The position numbers were made by a program, and so were the translations under genes. Shown in pieces: positions 22,623 through 35,557 of a stretch of 64,000 bases of DNA. A model generated the notes under the pieces. That model searched no databases. It was not told the origin of the DNA and saw nothing but the letters and a program-made list of their open reading frames with translations. Origin of the DNA: Phyllobates terribilis (lineage: Eukaryota); NCBI RefSeq assembly GCF_046119375.1, contig NW_027362761.1:305536001-305600000 (forward strand), in the 5' to 3' direction. Each line of letters starts with the position of its first letter. Within the stretch, counting starts at the first letter, position 1.

Positions 22623-25600
22623 GTGAGTGCATGGGCTACGGCCGGGGAGGCAGGTGACAGTCCTGTCTACACGGGGCACTGTGGACGTGTGGGGCCTGTC
22701 TACTCCCCACACGGATATACCAGCTGTGCCCACACTGTAGGGTGATAGATCAGGGACGTGGTCTGCACACACCACACAGATATACCAGCTGTGCCCACGC
22801 TATAGGGTGGTAGATCAGGGACGTGGTCTGCACACACCACACAGATATACCAGCTGTGCCCACGCTGTAAGGTGGTAGATCAGAGACGTGGTCTGCACAC
22901 ACCACACAGATATACTAGCTGTGCCCACACTGTAAGGTGATAGATCAGTCCTGTGTACCCAGAGCCCTGGAGACACGTGGGGCCTGTCTGCTGCTAGGGA
23001 CCCCGGACACATCATACATGTATACCAGCTGTGCCCGCACTGTAGGGTGCTCAGTCCCGTGTATAAAGAGTAATGGAGACCTGTAGGACCTGTCTGCTGC
23101 TGGGGACCCCAGACACATCATGCATGTATACCAGCTGTGCCCACACTGTAAGGTGATAGATCAGTCCTGTGTACACTGAGTAATGGAGACACGTGGGGCC
23201 TGTCTGCTGCTGGGGGGCCTGGACACATCACACGTATACCAGCTGTGCGCACGCTGTAAGGTGATAGATCAGAGACGTGGTCTGCACACACCACACAGAT
23301 ATACCAGCTGTGCCCACACTGTAAGGTGATAGATCAGAGACGTGGTCTGCACACACCACACAGATATATCAGCTGTGCGCACGCTGTAAGGTGATAGATC
23401 AGAGACGTGGTCTGCACACATGCCCTGCTGTACATGACATCACCATAGGGCCCTGTAACCCTGGCTCTCAGGGATGCCACCTGCCGCTGTCTGTGATCGT
23501 CAGGCGCTGTGTCGTGTATGATCACCACCAGCGCCCTTTGAGCTTCCTATAATAGGTTACAACATTTGGACGTGGAGTTCAGAGTCGCTGCCATACATTG
23601 TGCGCTTGTGACGACCCTTTCCTCTTTCGGTAGAGTACAGCCGTGTTCCTCCCTGGACATTTGCATGTACAGGCCCGGCTGTCATGCGAGCTTTAGGCTG
23701 CTAACTGGACAGGACTTTGTGATCTTTATGGCAGTGTCCAGTAACCACTACATAACTTTAATAATCCTGAATTTGCCTATGACCTATCCTTTGGCCATCA
23801 CTGAATTCCCACATGTCTTTTTTTTTTTTTTTTAAATTATTATTCCCTCTTTCCAAAACCAGCATCGGACTATGGATTGAAGCTGCCAATTCTACGCTCT
23901 GTCCCGGAGGACCAGATCCTGTACCAGACAGAAAGATATAATGAAGACAGCTTTGGATATGAGATTCCGATCAGAGAAGAAGGGGAATACGTCCTAGTGC
24001 TAAAGTTTGCAGAGGTGTACTTTGCGCAGTCACAGCAGAAGGTAAGGGTGTCGTGTTCCCTGCAGTCCCCTCCCATTTGAGCCGGGACGGCTCGTGTCCC
24101 ATCAGATTCGAGCAGATGGCATGTCACCTGTGCAGGTGAGTGACACTGACGGCTCATATTTCTGCTTTCTTCAGGTATTTGATGTACGTGTCAATGGACA
24201 TAATGTAGTGAAAGATCTAGATATATTTGACCGTGTAGGACACAGCACAGCACATGATGAGATCATTCCCGTCGTTATCAAGAAAGGAAAACTCACTGTC
24301 CAAGGAGAAGTGTCCACATTTACAGGGAAGCTCAATGTGGAGTTTGTAAAGGTAACGTCCCTACTTCTAGGTATTCGGCTGCATTTACACTTTTTATTTT
24401 ATTTTGGCAGCATAAACACATTCTAGCTACAATGTATGAACAGTGATGGCTATGTTTATGTTATGCAGCCTACAGCATGATTAGATTGTGTTGTAGCCAT
24501 GACTTTTGTGGCCACTCTGCTCAGGTATTTTATTGCAGGGTGGTTTCATAGCTATAAATCTATAAATACTATATATGAGGGGGTACCCCCCACCCCCCCA
24601 AAAAAAGTTAATTATATAAAATGTTTTATTCAAGATGCATCATTAAAACATTAATACTCTTCCAAATGCTGTCCATTAGATGATATGCAGGGTGGGTTTC
24701 ATGGCTATAAATACTACGTATGGCTATAAATATATCTGAGGGGGTACCCCCAAAAAACGACCTGAATTGTGGCGATCGGGGGACTGGCTGCTTCATCATG
24801 ACAATGCGCTTGCCCACACGGCATTAACAAATGACATGACAACTGTTTCTCACCCCTTTACTCGCCCAACTTAGCCACCTGAGACCTCTTCTTATTCCCA
24901 AGAATGAAGGAAAAACCTAAAGGGAAAGCTTTTTCAGGACATAGAAGAGGTTAAGAAAAAATAGCTGGAGGCACGTGAAGGCATTAGTTAAGATTCTAAA
25001 AAACGGTGGAAAAATATTGGGACACGTGCATATCCTCTAATGGACAATATGTTCAAGGGGATTAATGTTTTCAAGATGTTACCTTAAATAAATTAAAAAA
25101 TAAATTAGTAATTCTCATTTTTTGGGGGGGTACGTATTGTCAGGAAAATAGCTGTGTTTATAATGATTACAGAATTTTTACCTTTTTTTTTTTTTTCTTC
25201 TCAGGGATATTATGATAATCCCAAAGTGTGTGCTCTATACCTTATGAAAGGAACAGTAGACGGTGAGTCATGAGGACGGCTTGCATACCTTGCTATCATT
25301 TCATGATTAAATATTGTTTGCGATCTCACAGATTTGCACATGACTATCTTTACAGTCTATCTGAACAGTTGTCAGGTTGCTGTAGTCTTGACTGTCGTCC
25401 TACGCACATTGCAACGCAGGACAGTAATTGGGAAAATACCACAGAGTGATAAGAAAAACAGCAAAACCTGACACTCTGCCAACTGTGCTTTTGAGCATGA
25501 AGGCTGGATTCATCAAAGAGATTATTCCAGGATTCTGGAGTGAATTGCTTTGTAAAGTCGCAAAATTGTTGCACAAAAAAATGTTGCGACTTATCTTTTT

Positions 25601-28600
25601 CACACCAAAATGAGTGGGACGAAGGTGTGATGCCTCAGCTAGTCTAACTCATGATGAGCTGTGGCATTCCTTACACCAGAAATCTTCCTCTAGTCACTGA
25701 CTGGCATAAGATAGTGGTGAGGAGCACGGAGGGACCCATCACTGTCTAGATGCACCGGATTCATTAAAGGGACTCTGTCAGCACAGAATGACTGTTCAAA
25801 CCAAGTACAGACGCTCAGTGCATCACAGCAGCCAATCATCTATATACACACCTTTCCATCTGCTTGTTTTCTCTCCATCTCCATGCTCCCCCCTTTGATG
25901 AACAGCTCTGGCTTCATAGAGCCACAGAAAGGGTGGAGATACAGTAGCTTGCAAAAGTATTCACGCCCCTTGGCTTTTTACCTATTTTGTTACATTACCA
26001 CCTGTTTAACCTCTTTACCCCCAAAGGCTGTTTGCACGTTAATGACCAGGCCAATTTTTACAATTCTGACCACTGTCACTCTGTGGTAATAACTCTGGAA
26101 CGCTTCAACGGATCATGTACTTCATGATAGTGGTAAAATTTATTTGATAGGACTTGCGTTAATTTGTGAAAAAAATCTAAAATTTGGCTAAAATTTTCAA
26201 ACTTTGAATTTTCATGCCCTTAAATCAGAGAGTTCGTCATACAAAATAATTAATAGAAAACCATTTTTTTAGGGACCACATCACATTTGAAGTGACTTTG
26301 AGGGGCCTTTATGACAGAAAATATCCAAAAGTGACGCCATTCTAAAAACTGCACCCCTCAAGTTGCTCAAAACCACATTTATTAACCCTTCAGGTGCTTC
26401 ACAAGAATTTTTGGAATGTGGAAGAAAACCATGAACATTTAACTTTTTCACAAGAATGTTACTTCAGACCCAACTTTTTTTTATTTTCGCAAGGGTAACA
26501 GGAAAAAATGGACCCCAAAATTTGGTGGGGGAAACATTTTGGGCAATCGGAAGGGAAGGAGCACCGTTTGACTTTTTTTTAATGTAAAATTTGCTTGAAT
26601 AATTAGTGGACGCCATGTTGTGTTTGGGGAGCCCCTGATGTGCCTGAACAGTGGAAACCCCCACAAGTGACCATTTTTGGAAGCTAGACACCTTAAGGAA
26701 CTTATCTAGATGTGTGGTGAGCACCTTGAACCCCCAGGTGCTTCACAGAAGTTTATAACACTGAGCCGTAAAAATAAAATTTTCACATTTTTCCCACAAA
26801 TGTTTTTTTTCAGCCCCAAATTTTGCATTTTCATAAGGGTAACAGGAGAAATTGCACCATACCATTTGTTGTGTAATTTCTCCTGAGTAAGCCGATACCC
26901 CATTTGTGGGGGAAAACCATTGGGCGCTCGGAAGGGAAGGAGCGCCATTTGACTTTTTCAACGCAAAACTCGTTGGAATTGAGAGCGGACGCCATGTCAC
27001 GTTTAGAGAGCCCCTGATGTGCATAAACGGTGGAAACCCCCCACAAGTGACCAATTTTGGAAACTAGTCCCCTTAAGGAACTTATCTAGATGTGTGCACT
27101 TTGAACCCCTAAGTGTTTCACAAAAGTTTATAACGTAGAGCCATGAAAATAAAAAAAACTTTATTTTTTTTTCGCAAAAATGATCTTTTAGACCCAATTT
27201 TTTTATTTTCACAAGGGTAACAGGAGAAATGGACCCCAAAAGTTGTTGTGCAATTTCTCCTGAGCACGCAAATACCCCATATGTGGTCATTTTACTAACT
27301 ACACCTCTCAATGAATTCATCTAGGGGTGTAGTGAGCATGTTGACACCACATGTACCTCACAGAATTTTACACCACTGGGCGGTGAAGAAAGAATAATTA
27401 AATTTTTACCACCAAAGTTTTGTTTTAGACCCAGATTTTACATTTTCACACTGGGAAATGGGTAAAAATGGCACCAAAATTTGTCACACAATTTTTGCTG
27501 AATGTAGAAATACCCCATATGTGGCTGTACAGTACTGCTTAGCCACACGGTTAGGGACGGAGCGCTATTTGCCTCCTGGAGCACAGATTTTCCTAGAATA
27601 GTACTCCTTATACAGAGACCCTAAGTGTTAGAAGAGCAGAATCCCCCCTCAGTTAACCCCATTTTGGAAATTTTACCCATTTGGGAATTTATCTACAGGT
27701 GTGGTGAGGATTTTGACTACATGGGCGTTTTCCAGAAACAAGCAGCAGTGGATGCTGTTGAGTGAAAATTGTAAACTGCTGTTGTAATGACCAGTATATT
27801 ATGCCCAGCTCGTGCTTCTGGAGACATGCACCCATAACTTAGGCAGGCTTTCATCGCTATAGAAATGCCAAACATGTGGACACTAACTGTTTTTTAAGCA
27901 CACTGGGGCTCAGAAGGGAGGGGGGCATTTATATTTAGGAGCACAGAATTTGCTGAATTTTGTTTGTGGGACAAGGGCCATTTTGCTTTTCCAGAGCCTT
28001 TGTGCTACTAGTAACTTGGAAGCCCCCTATATTTCTGTTAACAGATGACGGACCTAAGTGGGGACTTGTTTTTATTATGATCCAAAATGTTATGTAAAAT
28101 GTTGCCATTTATCCTGTGCTCTACATTGAGCACTGATTTTGGGGTTGCCATTTAAATATCAGAGTGATGTAATTCAGATAAAACCCCCCGGGACTGTGTG
28201 CGTGACCATTCACTCTCCTTAATAGCACGCACACTGTAGCCACAGTGTGGCTCCTGCTGCTGCCGGCGGTCACGTGTGCTGATCCCCCGGGGCTCCATTA
28301 TCATCAAATGGAAAGAACATGGTACCACAACAAACCTCCCAAGAGAGGGCCACCCATCAAAACTCTCAGCTCGGGCCAGGAGGGCATTAATCAGAGAGGC
28401 ATCACATAAACAAAAGGTAGCCCTGAAGGAGCTGCAGAGTCCCCAAGCAGCGACTGGAGTATCTGTCCATACGGCCACAATAAGCCTTACACTCAATATA
28501 GGTTGCCTTTATGAAAGAGAGGGCAGAAAAAAAGCCTTTACTTACACGCAAAAATTGTAAGGCTCTTCTTGAGTTTGCCAAAAGACATGCAGAAAACTCT

Positions 28601-31600
28601 CCAAATGTATGGCAGATGGTGCTGTAGTGAAATGAGACCAACATTGAACTTTTTGGCCACCAACGTAAACGCTATGTCTGGTGCCAATCCAACACAGCTT
28701 ATCACCCCAAGAACACCATCCCCAAAGTGAAACTTGGTGGCAGCATCATGTTGTGAGGATGTTTTTCGTCAGCAGGGACAGGTAAAATGGTCCGAGTTGA
28801 GGGGAAGATGGATGTTGCAAAATACAGGGATATTCTTGAGCAAAACCTGTTTGTCTCAGTGATTTGAGACTCTTTCGGAGGTTCATCTTCCAACAAGACA
28901 ATGACCCAAAGTATACTTTCACAAGCCACTGTAGATGGAAACAAAGCTTGTGGGAAGGTGTGTATATAAATGATTGGCCACGCTGTGAACTCAGAGCGCC
29001 TGCACTTGGTTTGAACAGTCATTCTGTGCTGACAGTCTTTTTAAGAAGTGGGCACGTCTTAAAAGGATATTCCCATCTCCAAGATCCTATTTCAATATGT
29101 AGTAGGTGTAATAATAATATTAGCAAATACCTCCAATTAGAAATGTAGTATAGTATTTTTCATTCGCTATGCCATTTACCTCATGTGCAGGCAATACAGG
29201 ACCTTAGGTATCCACGGTTACGACCACTAGCAGCTAGCTAACTGTCACTTTATCAGTGGACGTAACCATGGATACTTATGGTCCTGCAATGCCTGCACAT
29301 AAGGAAAGAGAGATGACGAATCAAAAATGCTATACTACATTTCGTATTGTAGGTTTTTGCTAATATTATTATTACACCAACTACATATTGGGATTGGATC
29401 TTGGAGATGGGAATACCTCTTTAAAGAATCATGAGCGTCTCATTCCAACACATCCCCTCAAAAAGAGCGCTGTTCACACTGGTCTTGATGAATCACAGCC
29501 TTTCTGTCTATCAGGATATATGGGCTTACAACAAAATACAATGGTATTGTCAGATACTGTAACTACCAGTCTGCAGTAGTTTACTCCGAAAAGGGATTGA
29601 CTTGTCCTACTCTGATTTTTGTTATTTTTTTAAATGAAGAAATAAACAAGCCGTACAGAATCCTATAAAATGTACTCCCCTTAGGGTATGTTTACATAAA
29701 ACTTTCTTGCTGTATGAAAAATGTTGCGTAAAATGCGTGTCTTGACTCATTTTTTACTTGCATTTTTTTTTTATTTCTATTGATGAAAAAACGCAGAGAG
29801 TTGATGTGCTACAGATTTCAAAAAGTGCCCAGCAGCTCAAAAAAACGCAAGGGGAAAAAAAATACAGCTTGAGAATGAGTTTAGAAATCTCATTTACTTT
29901 CTAGTATTGAAAAAGTGTTTTGTTTTTTGTTTTTTTTTTGCAAAAAAAAAAAACAAAACTGCAAAAGCATGGAGTGCACTTACTTTTACAATTTCAATCC
30001 GTTCCTCTTCCAAGGCTGGCAAGGGCACTGGGCTTCTTGTTCAGTCCACATGGCTGCAGACAATCACTGGCCACAGCTCTGAAATATTGAACACATCTGT
30101 GGCCAGTGATTGGCTGCAGTAGTCACACCAAACAGGATGTAAGAGCAGCAGGGTAAAAGTAAGGTGAGAATTCATTAGTTTTATGTTACAGCATTCTAGA
30201 TGGTTTCTTTAAGGAAAAAAAATTTCAAGGGTTGACCACCTCTATAAAAAGAGCTTGTTATCAGGGTTCTGCATATTAAACTAAAGGTATGTGCATAATG
30301 GCGCAGGTATACTGATTTAATACATACTTTCAGGGAAGAAATCCACAGCCTGGTTATTTTAAAATCCTCATTAGAAGTTTTGGTCTCTGTGCTTTGGGGC
30401 GGGACTGTGGATATTGTCTTTGGCTCTGCCGTGGCCCCTCGGCCGCCTTTGGTGCCTTTTATATTCTTCCTTATTTAAATTGTGCCTAGCCACGGGCGGC
30501 TCTTGTGTGGATTGAGCTCATGGCAGTCTTCAGGAAAATGGCACCGGTGACGACGCATGTACGGATTTAAGATCTTGGCTCAATGACGAGCCGAGATTTC
30601 AATCTGTGCATGCGTCGCTACCGGTGTGATTTTACTGAAGCCCACTGCAAGATCAATCTGCACAAGTGCTGTGTGTTCGGCTAGGGCGGCACAGGCCCGA
30701 AATTTAACTAAGAGGATAAAGACAACCGTGCAGACGTGGCACAGCCAAGGGTCCGTGGCAGTCCTGCTCCTACTGGGACAGTCCCGCCACCAAAACTTCT
30801 AATGATTTTAAAACAACCAGGCTGCGGATTTCTTCTCTGAAATTATGTATTAAATCAGTATACCATTATGCACATACCTTTTAGTTTACTATGCAGAACC
30901 CTGATGACCGGTTTCTTTACGGCAGAGTTGTCACTGAACATGGAAAAAAATAGATTGCAAAGAGGCTAGATGAGCTTAAGTCCATAATGTCTGTCCCACT
31001 GTGTATCTTAGAAATAAGTTGCTTTTTACTGAGCGTACCTGTTGTCAGACCTGCTGCCCTGTTTAATGGCCGCATAGTATGGGGACAGGTCTACATTAGC
31101 CAAAGCGCTAATATGTATAATACAATCCTCTGTTTAGGAGGTTGCATTTGTGATGGCTATTATGCAAACTCCAGATCTAGTGCTATCGTATGATTTGAGA
31201 TGTGCTAGTATAATCAATTTATTTTCACTTTGAACAGTATACATTGCCACACTTCTATTTAGGTGCTCGAGCATGTCATTGGTTGATTAATTATAAAACT
31301 ATATATTCCCAATATTTATTATGGCTCCTATATTTAAAGAGGACCTGTCACCAAGTCAAAAGGGGCAAGTCAGTCTTTGCTCTTATTTTATTGAGTATTT
31401 CAGTGTAACCCAGTCACACATCTGAAACTGGTTCTTTATTGGGGTTAAATTGTGGTTAGTTTATTTTATAGGATAAAATAGGTCTTAGGCGGCCAACAGA
31501 AGCAAGTGTGCAAAATCTTCTCTTGGGATTGGATTTTTTTCTCTTTGTTTTTGCAGAAAGGCATAAAAATGACAAAAGTGAATATTGACCTACTCTTTGA

Positions 31601-31864
31601 TCATGTAAATTAATGTGTGTTTTTTTTTTTATGTTCTTAGACGTTCCAAAGCTGGAGCCTCATCCTGGGCTAGAAAAAAAAGAGGAGGAGGAGGAAGATG
31701 AAGAGGAGGAAAGTCCTAGTACAAGGAAGAACACCAAGAAAAGTGTGCAGTCTGGTCCTCGCACTCCTAACCCTTATGCCTCAGACAACAGCAGCCTCAT
31801 GTTTCCAATACTGGTGGCCTTTGGAGTGTTTATCCCCACACTCTTCTGCTTGTGCCGGCTATAG
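22436..31864 (+). CDS. MLEC: Malectin, ER lectin (5 coding exons, 825 nt, 274 aa)
   Basis: join(22436..22622,23863..24041,24175..24351,25205..25262,31641..31864). Signal peptide, VIWAVNAGG, malectin domain, acidic stretch and C-terminal [22 protein letters not shown]. All introns are GT-AG with consistent phase. Confidence 0.98.
22716..23420. repeat. Composite minisatellite in MLEC intron 1
   Basis: Nine copies of the core TATACCAGCTGTGCCCACACTGTAAGGTGATAGATCAG, in 65-bp and about 108-bp units. Confidence 0.9.
23863..24041 (+). CDS. MLEC: MLEC coding exon 2
   Basis: [13 protein letters not shown]...[12 protein letters not shown]; AG/GT flanks; 179 nt. Confidence 0.97.
24175..24351 (+). CDS. 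MLEC: MLEC coding exon 3
   Basis: VFDVRVNGH...LNVEFVK; 177 nt. Confidence 0.97.
25205..25262 (+). CDS. MLEC: MLEC coding exon 4
   Basis: [19 protein letters not shown]; 58 nt. Confidence 0.96.
25942..28931 (+). mobile_element. Decayed Passport-like Tc1 element carrying a nested insertion
   Basis: Termini TA-CAGTAGCTTGCAAAAGTATTC and GTATACTTTCACAAGCCACTG-TA. Transposase remnant about 28280-28915 ([28 protein letters not shown]). Confidence 0.85.
26010..28150. mobile_element. Non-autonomous TTAA (piggyBac-like) element with internal repeats of about 290 bp
   Basis: Inserted at TTAA 26006-26009; reverse complement of about 53830-55122. The right boundary is uncertain. Confidence 0.7.
29063..29420. 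mobile_element. TTAA-flanked (Kolobok/T2-type) MITE
   Basis: TIRs ..GGATATTCCCATCTCCAAGATCC / GATCTTGGAGATGGGAATACC..; TTAA on both sides. Confidence 0.8.
30249..30916. mobile_element. MITE with long TIRs (Kolobok/T2-type)
   Basis: Inverted arms of about 110 bp (TCAGGGTTCTGCAT...GTGCATAATGG / CCATTATGCAC...ATGCAGAACCCTGA). Confidence 0.75.
31641..31864 (+). CDS. MLEC: MLEC coding exon 5
   Basis: [20 protein letters not shown]...FCLCRL, then TAG. Confidence 0.97.
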
Positions 31865-34827
31865 AAGGCCGCATGCCAATCGTCTTTGTTTTACTTTTTT
31901 TTTTCTGTTTTGCTTTTGTTATTTTGGTTTTTCTTTTTTCCCTGGTAATTTTTCAGAATCTTTTGACAATGAAGCAGAAAGTCTCCTATAAAGGAGATAA
32001 GTGGCCCTGTACAAGCAGCCGATCATTGCCTGACATTTTCATGTTTACATGGTAAATGGATACGGAGCCGCAGCCTATAAAATATCAGAACTATAACGCT
32101 TTTGCTCCTAAATGGTTTTAGACATCGATTACATGCATTAAGGAGAACAGGAGTAGAATGCAAGTGCTGCTAAATGACGATTTCTCACCTGGATGAGCTA
32201 TGGAACTATGGACACAAAGCCTAGAGTTTTGCATGGAGTTTTCCAGGGTACCATTTCTGCATACTCTAAATATTTTTATGTCCAACAAGACAATGGGTTC
32301 CAGCTCTCAAAATTCATCTCCTGCCAAATCTATGTGCGTGTGCTGTGTGTGGTAGCAGGAGATCTAATGTTCACTTCAGCTTCATCCGAGTACTCTATGG
32401 CGGTGACTATGAGCTATGTCTGTCTGCTATGCACACAATGGGGAATATTTGATTTGCAAGCCTATTGTTTTAGTGTATGTTTGTTTTTATTTTTTCATGA
32501 TTTTTATACCATGAAGTGACTCGCTAATAATTGCCTTTAGCCCATTGTCCTGCCAATTTTAGGAGGTTGTAACTCCTTGGTGTGCAAAATCTTTAATGTT
32601 TCTCCAAAAGCAGTTAATTATGGCCACCGTCATCCTCTTTTCTGTCCGCTAGCTGACAGCAGTGCCGCTAGTGACTATCCTTTTTAATTAAAGGAATAAA
32701 GCTTCATTCACACCGCTGAATATTTTAAGCCTAGAACAGAATTGAAACCGGTCAGCGGAAAGCAGGGTAATGGTTTTACTGATGAGATTGGATTTGTGGT
32801 TTTTAGCATAAAATGCTCACGTACAACTCCTGCATCTGTATGAATGAAGCCTGATGGTGCTGAAGATGGCTTTAATGGTAATGAGCATCTGCCGAACGGA
32901 TTGCTGCAAGACTGGCTGCTTAATGTGTACAGGGGTGTCCGGACTCTCCCTTGATGTCAAGGAGTAAAAAAGAATTGGGCATTTGGATGTAAAAATGCCC
33001 AATCCTTTACTCACTGAAGAGAAGTTGCTTTCAGAGTAGTTGTGGCAGTGGCTTACTGCTCTCTCCCCATTGATAATACATGCATACTTGGCTAAGTTGG
33101 GAGTCAGCAAGAATAGCCGTTGGACAGTTATAAGGTGTAAGACCACCTTTGCAACGGTTTAAAATGGTAAAGTGTCACACTTTAGTTTACATGGTTAAGG
33201 GTGTTTGTTTTTTATTTCTCCCTCTTGCTTTTTGGTGCCTTTTTGTTCATAGGAAAATCAGATATCGCATCTGGATGTGCTAATATGTTCAAGATTCTGT
33301 GATTTAGGATGGTACTTTGTGTTTGCATTTTCAGTTTTGAGAAGATGGCATATTGGCCAGTAAGTCATAGTGGCAAGTGCTTGATGAGCAGCTCATCAGA
33401 GAACCTCGACTCCAATGTAGTTCTTCTCTGGTGCTGATGACGGCCAGGATTCTCTTCACCCGTCTGTCTTTTATGTATTGCTTGAGTTGAATTGGTGCGC
33501 TTGCACAATGGTCCCAGGTCCTGACTGTTAGCAGCAGAAATGAAGACTTACTTGGTGTCAACTCAGTTTTTCCATCCTATTTAAAATAGTTGTGACTACC
33601 TGTGGTCATGTGGCTTCAGGAACATATGAAAGAATTCTATATGTATGGAGGATGAGATATTAGCGGTACTAGGCCACATCCCGGACACCGGCTGTGCAAT
33701 TCTGCTTTAAATTAGTTTATAGGACATTTCTATATCACCCGATTCTGAAGTACAGGAAATATGCATGAATTATAGTTGCTTGGTGCATCCTTTCATTTCA
33801 GGTACAATAATAATTTCATGCTTTGAAGTTCTATGGTATGTTTTTTTTCTTTTTTTTTATACTTGAATTTTATGATGGTACTGTGTGTGCTCAGATAATG
33901 TTGGAGACGGAAAACCTTCTTTTCTGACCGGTGTTTTCTGCAGGGTATTGGAGCCGTAGTTATTTTGGAGCCTGTGATTTCTTTCCTCACAATGCATCAG
34001 GGGTGTAAACCTTTTAAAACTCTATTTGTATCTGTCAAGTAACAAAACGGTACAGTCTCTAGGCTTCAGAATTTTTTGCTGTTGTTTCCATTTGCCTTGT
34101 TAGGATTGTGGATGTGGCTTTCTAATTTTTTTTTTTTTTTTGCATTTTTTTATGCTTACGGTATGTATGCAAATTCAAAAAATTGCAGCCTTATTCTGCC
34201 ATTTACACAGTTGAATTTAGTGTAGCTACACATAAGCTAATCTTTAATTTTGGTTAGATTTAGTTTCACATTTGGCCATATGAGTTGGAGTCCAGGCTGC
34301 AGCACTGATCTGTGATCGGGTCATGATGGGTCACTTGCCGATGGGGAGCTTCATTTGTCATCCACTTGCTCAGTAGCGATTTAATCAATTTAATTAGGGT
34401 TATCAAAAAAATGCGGCCTGTTCTGGAGCCATACCTACTGTGACACTTAGCCGCACAATGTACTATTAAGAAGCCTTTGGTGTATAACTTTAATATACAT
34501 CGTTTCTTACATTGGCTTGGTTCTTTGCATCGATCTGCTATGGTAAGTGTCAAAAGTTAACTAATACATAAAATATTTTTAATAGCTTAGTTTTTATGCA
34601 TCATTAATGAACAGTATATTTTTCCAATTTGCATCTCTGCCTTGCTGTATGGTTTGCTTTCATGCCTTGAGTGAGTGTCCTTATGGAGTATTCCCCATGC
34701 GCTCCTGAACCAGTAGGAGATGCTGCAGAAATTCTTCAACTGCCAACCCACCTTTCTTTGTTTCTTTTTTTGGGGGTTTTGTTTTATTGATCTGGAAATC
34801 TGGAATTACAACCAGTTTATAAACAAA

Positions 34828-34842
34828 AATAAAGAAAATAAA
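34828..34842 (+). terminator. MLEC: Probable MLEC polyadenylation signals (3' UTR about 3 kb)
   Basis: Tandem AATAAA at 34828 and 34837 followed by GU/U-rich sequence. An earlier AATAAA lies at about 32695. Confidence 0.55.
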
Positions 34843-35482
34843 GTTTATATTATACTTTTCTGTGTTTTTGCTGATTTTCTGTGTAAGAACTGAAGAGTGA
34901 TGCCAATAATCTGCTTAACACTTTCTTGCTTTTAAAGGGAATGTGTCATCCAAAAAAAAAAAATTCAACTATTGAAAAAATGTAAATCATTTAACTTTTT
35001 ATTTTTTTTAAAGATCCCTTTTTATGGTAGAAATTTATTTTAAAAGATTTCATATTTATGAAAAGCTTGTAAATGATAGGGAAGCAGCTGCTGAGACTAC
35101 TAGTTCACATTGACTGCAGTAAATGTATGTGTGATGTCACTCCTTCCCCTCCTTCTGTGATCGCCTAGATGGGGGAGGATGACGTTCAGGATCACAGTGT
35201 GGAGACATGGTGGTGGCTGCGTGTGATACTGAGATGTGGACCGTGTCACCGAGGATGGCTAGCAGCGCAGATTCTGGGTTTTCGGCTAAGTGAATCAAAA
35301 ATTGAAATGGCGCGACTTCCCTACCCTGCGATAGAAACATGCAGTGAATAAACACAATTCCTCCCCTTTTTTTTTTTTTTTTTCCTCTTGGTGGGGGTAT
35401 TATTTATGGCTTCCATTGATTGATTAAAATGACCCGTCAACATGATTCTCCAGGTTAGTATGATTACATCAATACCAAACTT

Positions 35483-35486
<4 letters not shown>

Positions 35487-35552
<66 letters not shown>
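35487..35552. repeat. (TG)33 microsatellite
   Basis: Directly visible; it abuts the eroded end of a Tc1 element. Confidence 0.97.

Positions 35553-35557
<5 letters not shown>

Noticed and set aside
22716-23420. CRISPR-like repeat-spacer appearance
   Set aside because: The spacers are themselves repeated, the context is a eukaryotic intron, and there are no cas genes. It is a minisatellite.
24133-24141. Perfect CAG|GTGAGT donor (or recursive-splice-like site) in MLEC intron 2
   Set aside because: Only 39 nt remain to the exon 3 acceptor, too short for an intron, and there is no pyrimidine tract before the AG. The intron is only 133 nt.
25651-25700. C box (ATGATGA) and D box (CTGA) suggesting an intronic snoRNA
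   Set aside because: Only 50 nt, with no convincing terminal stem, no C'/D' boxes and no recognisable rRNA guide.
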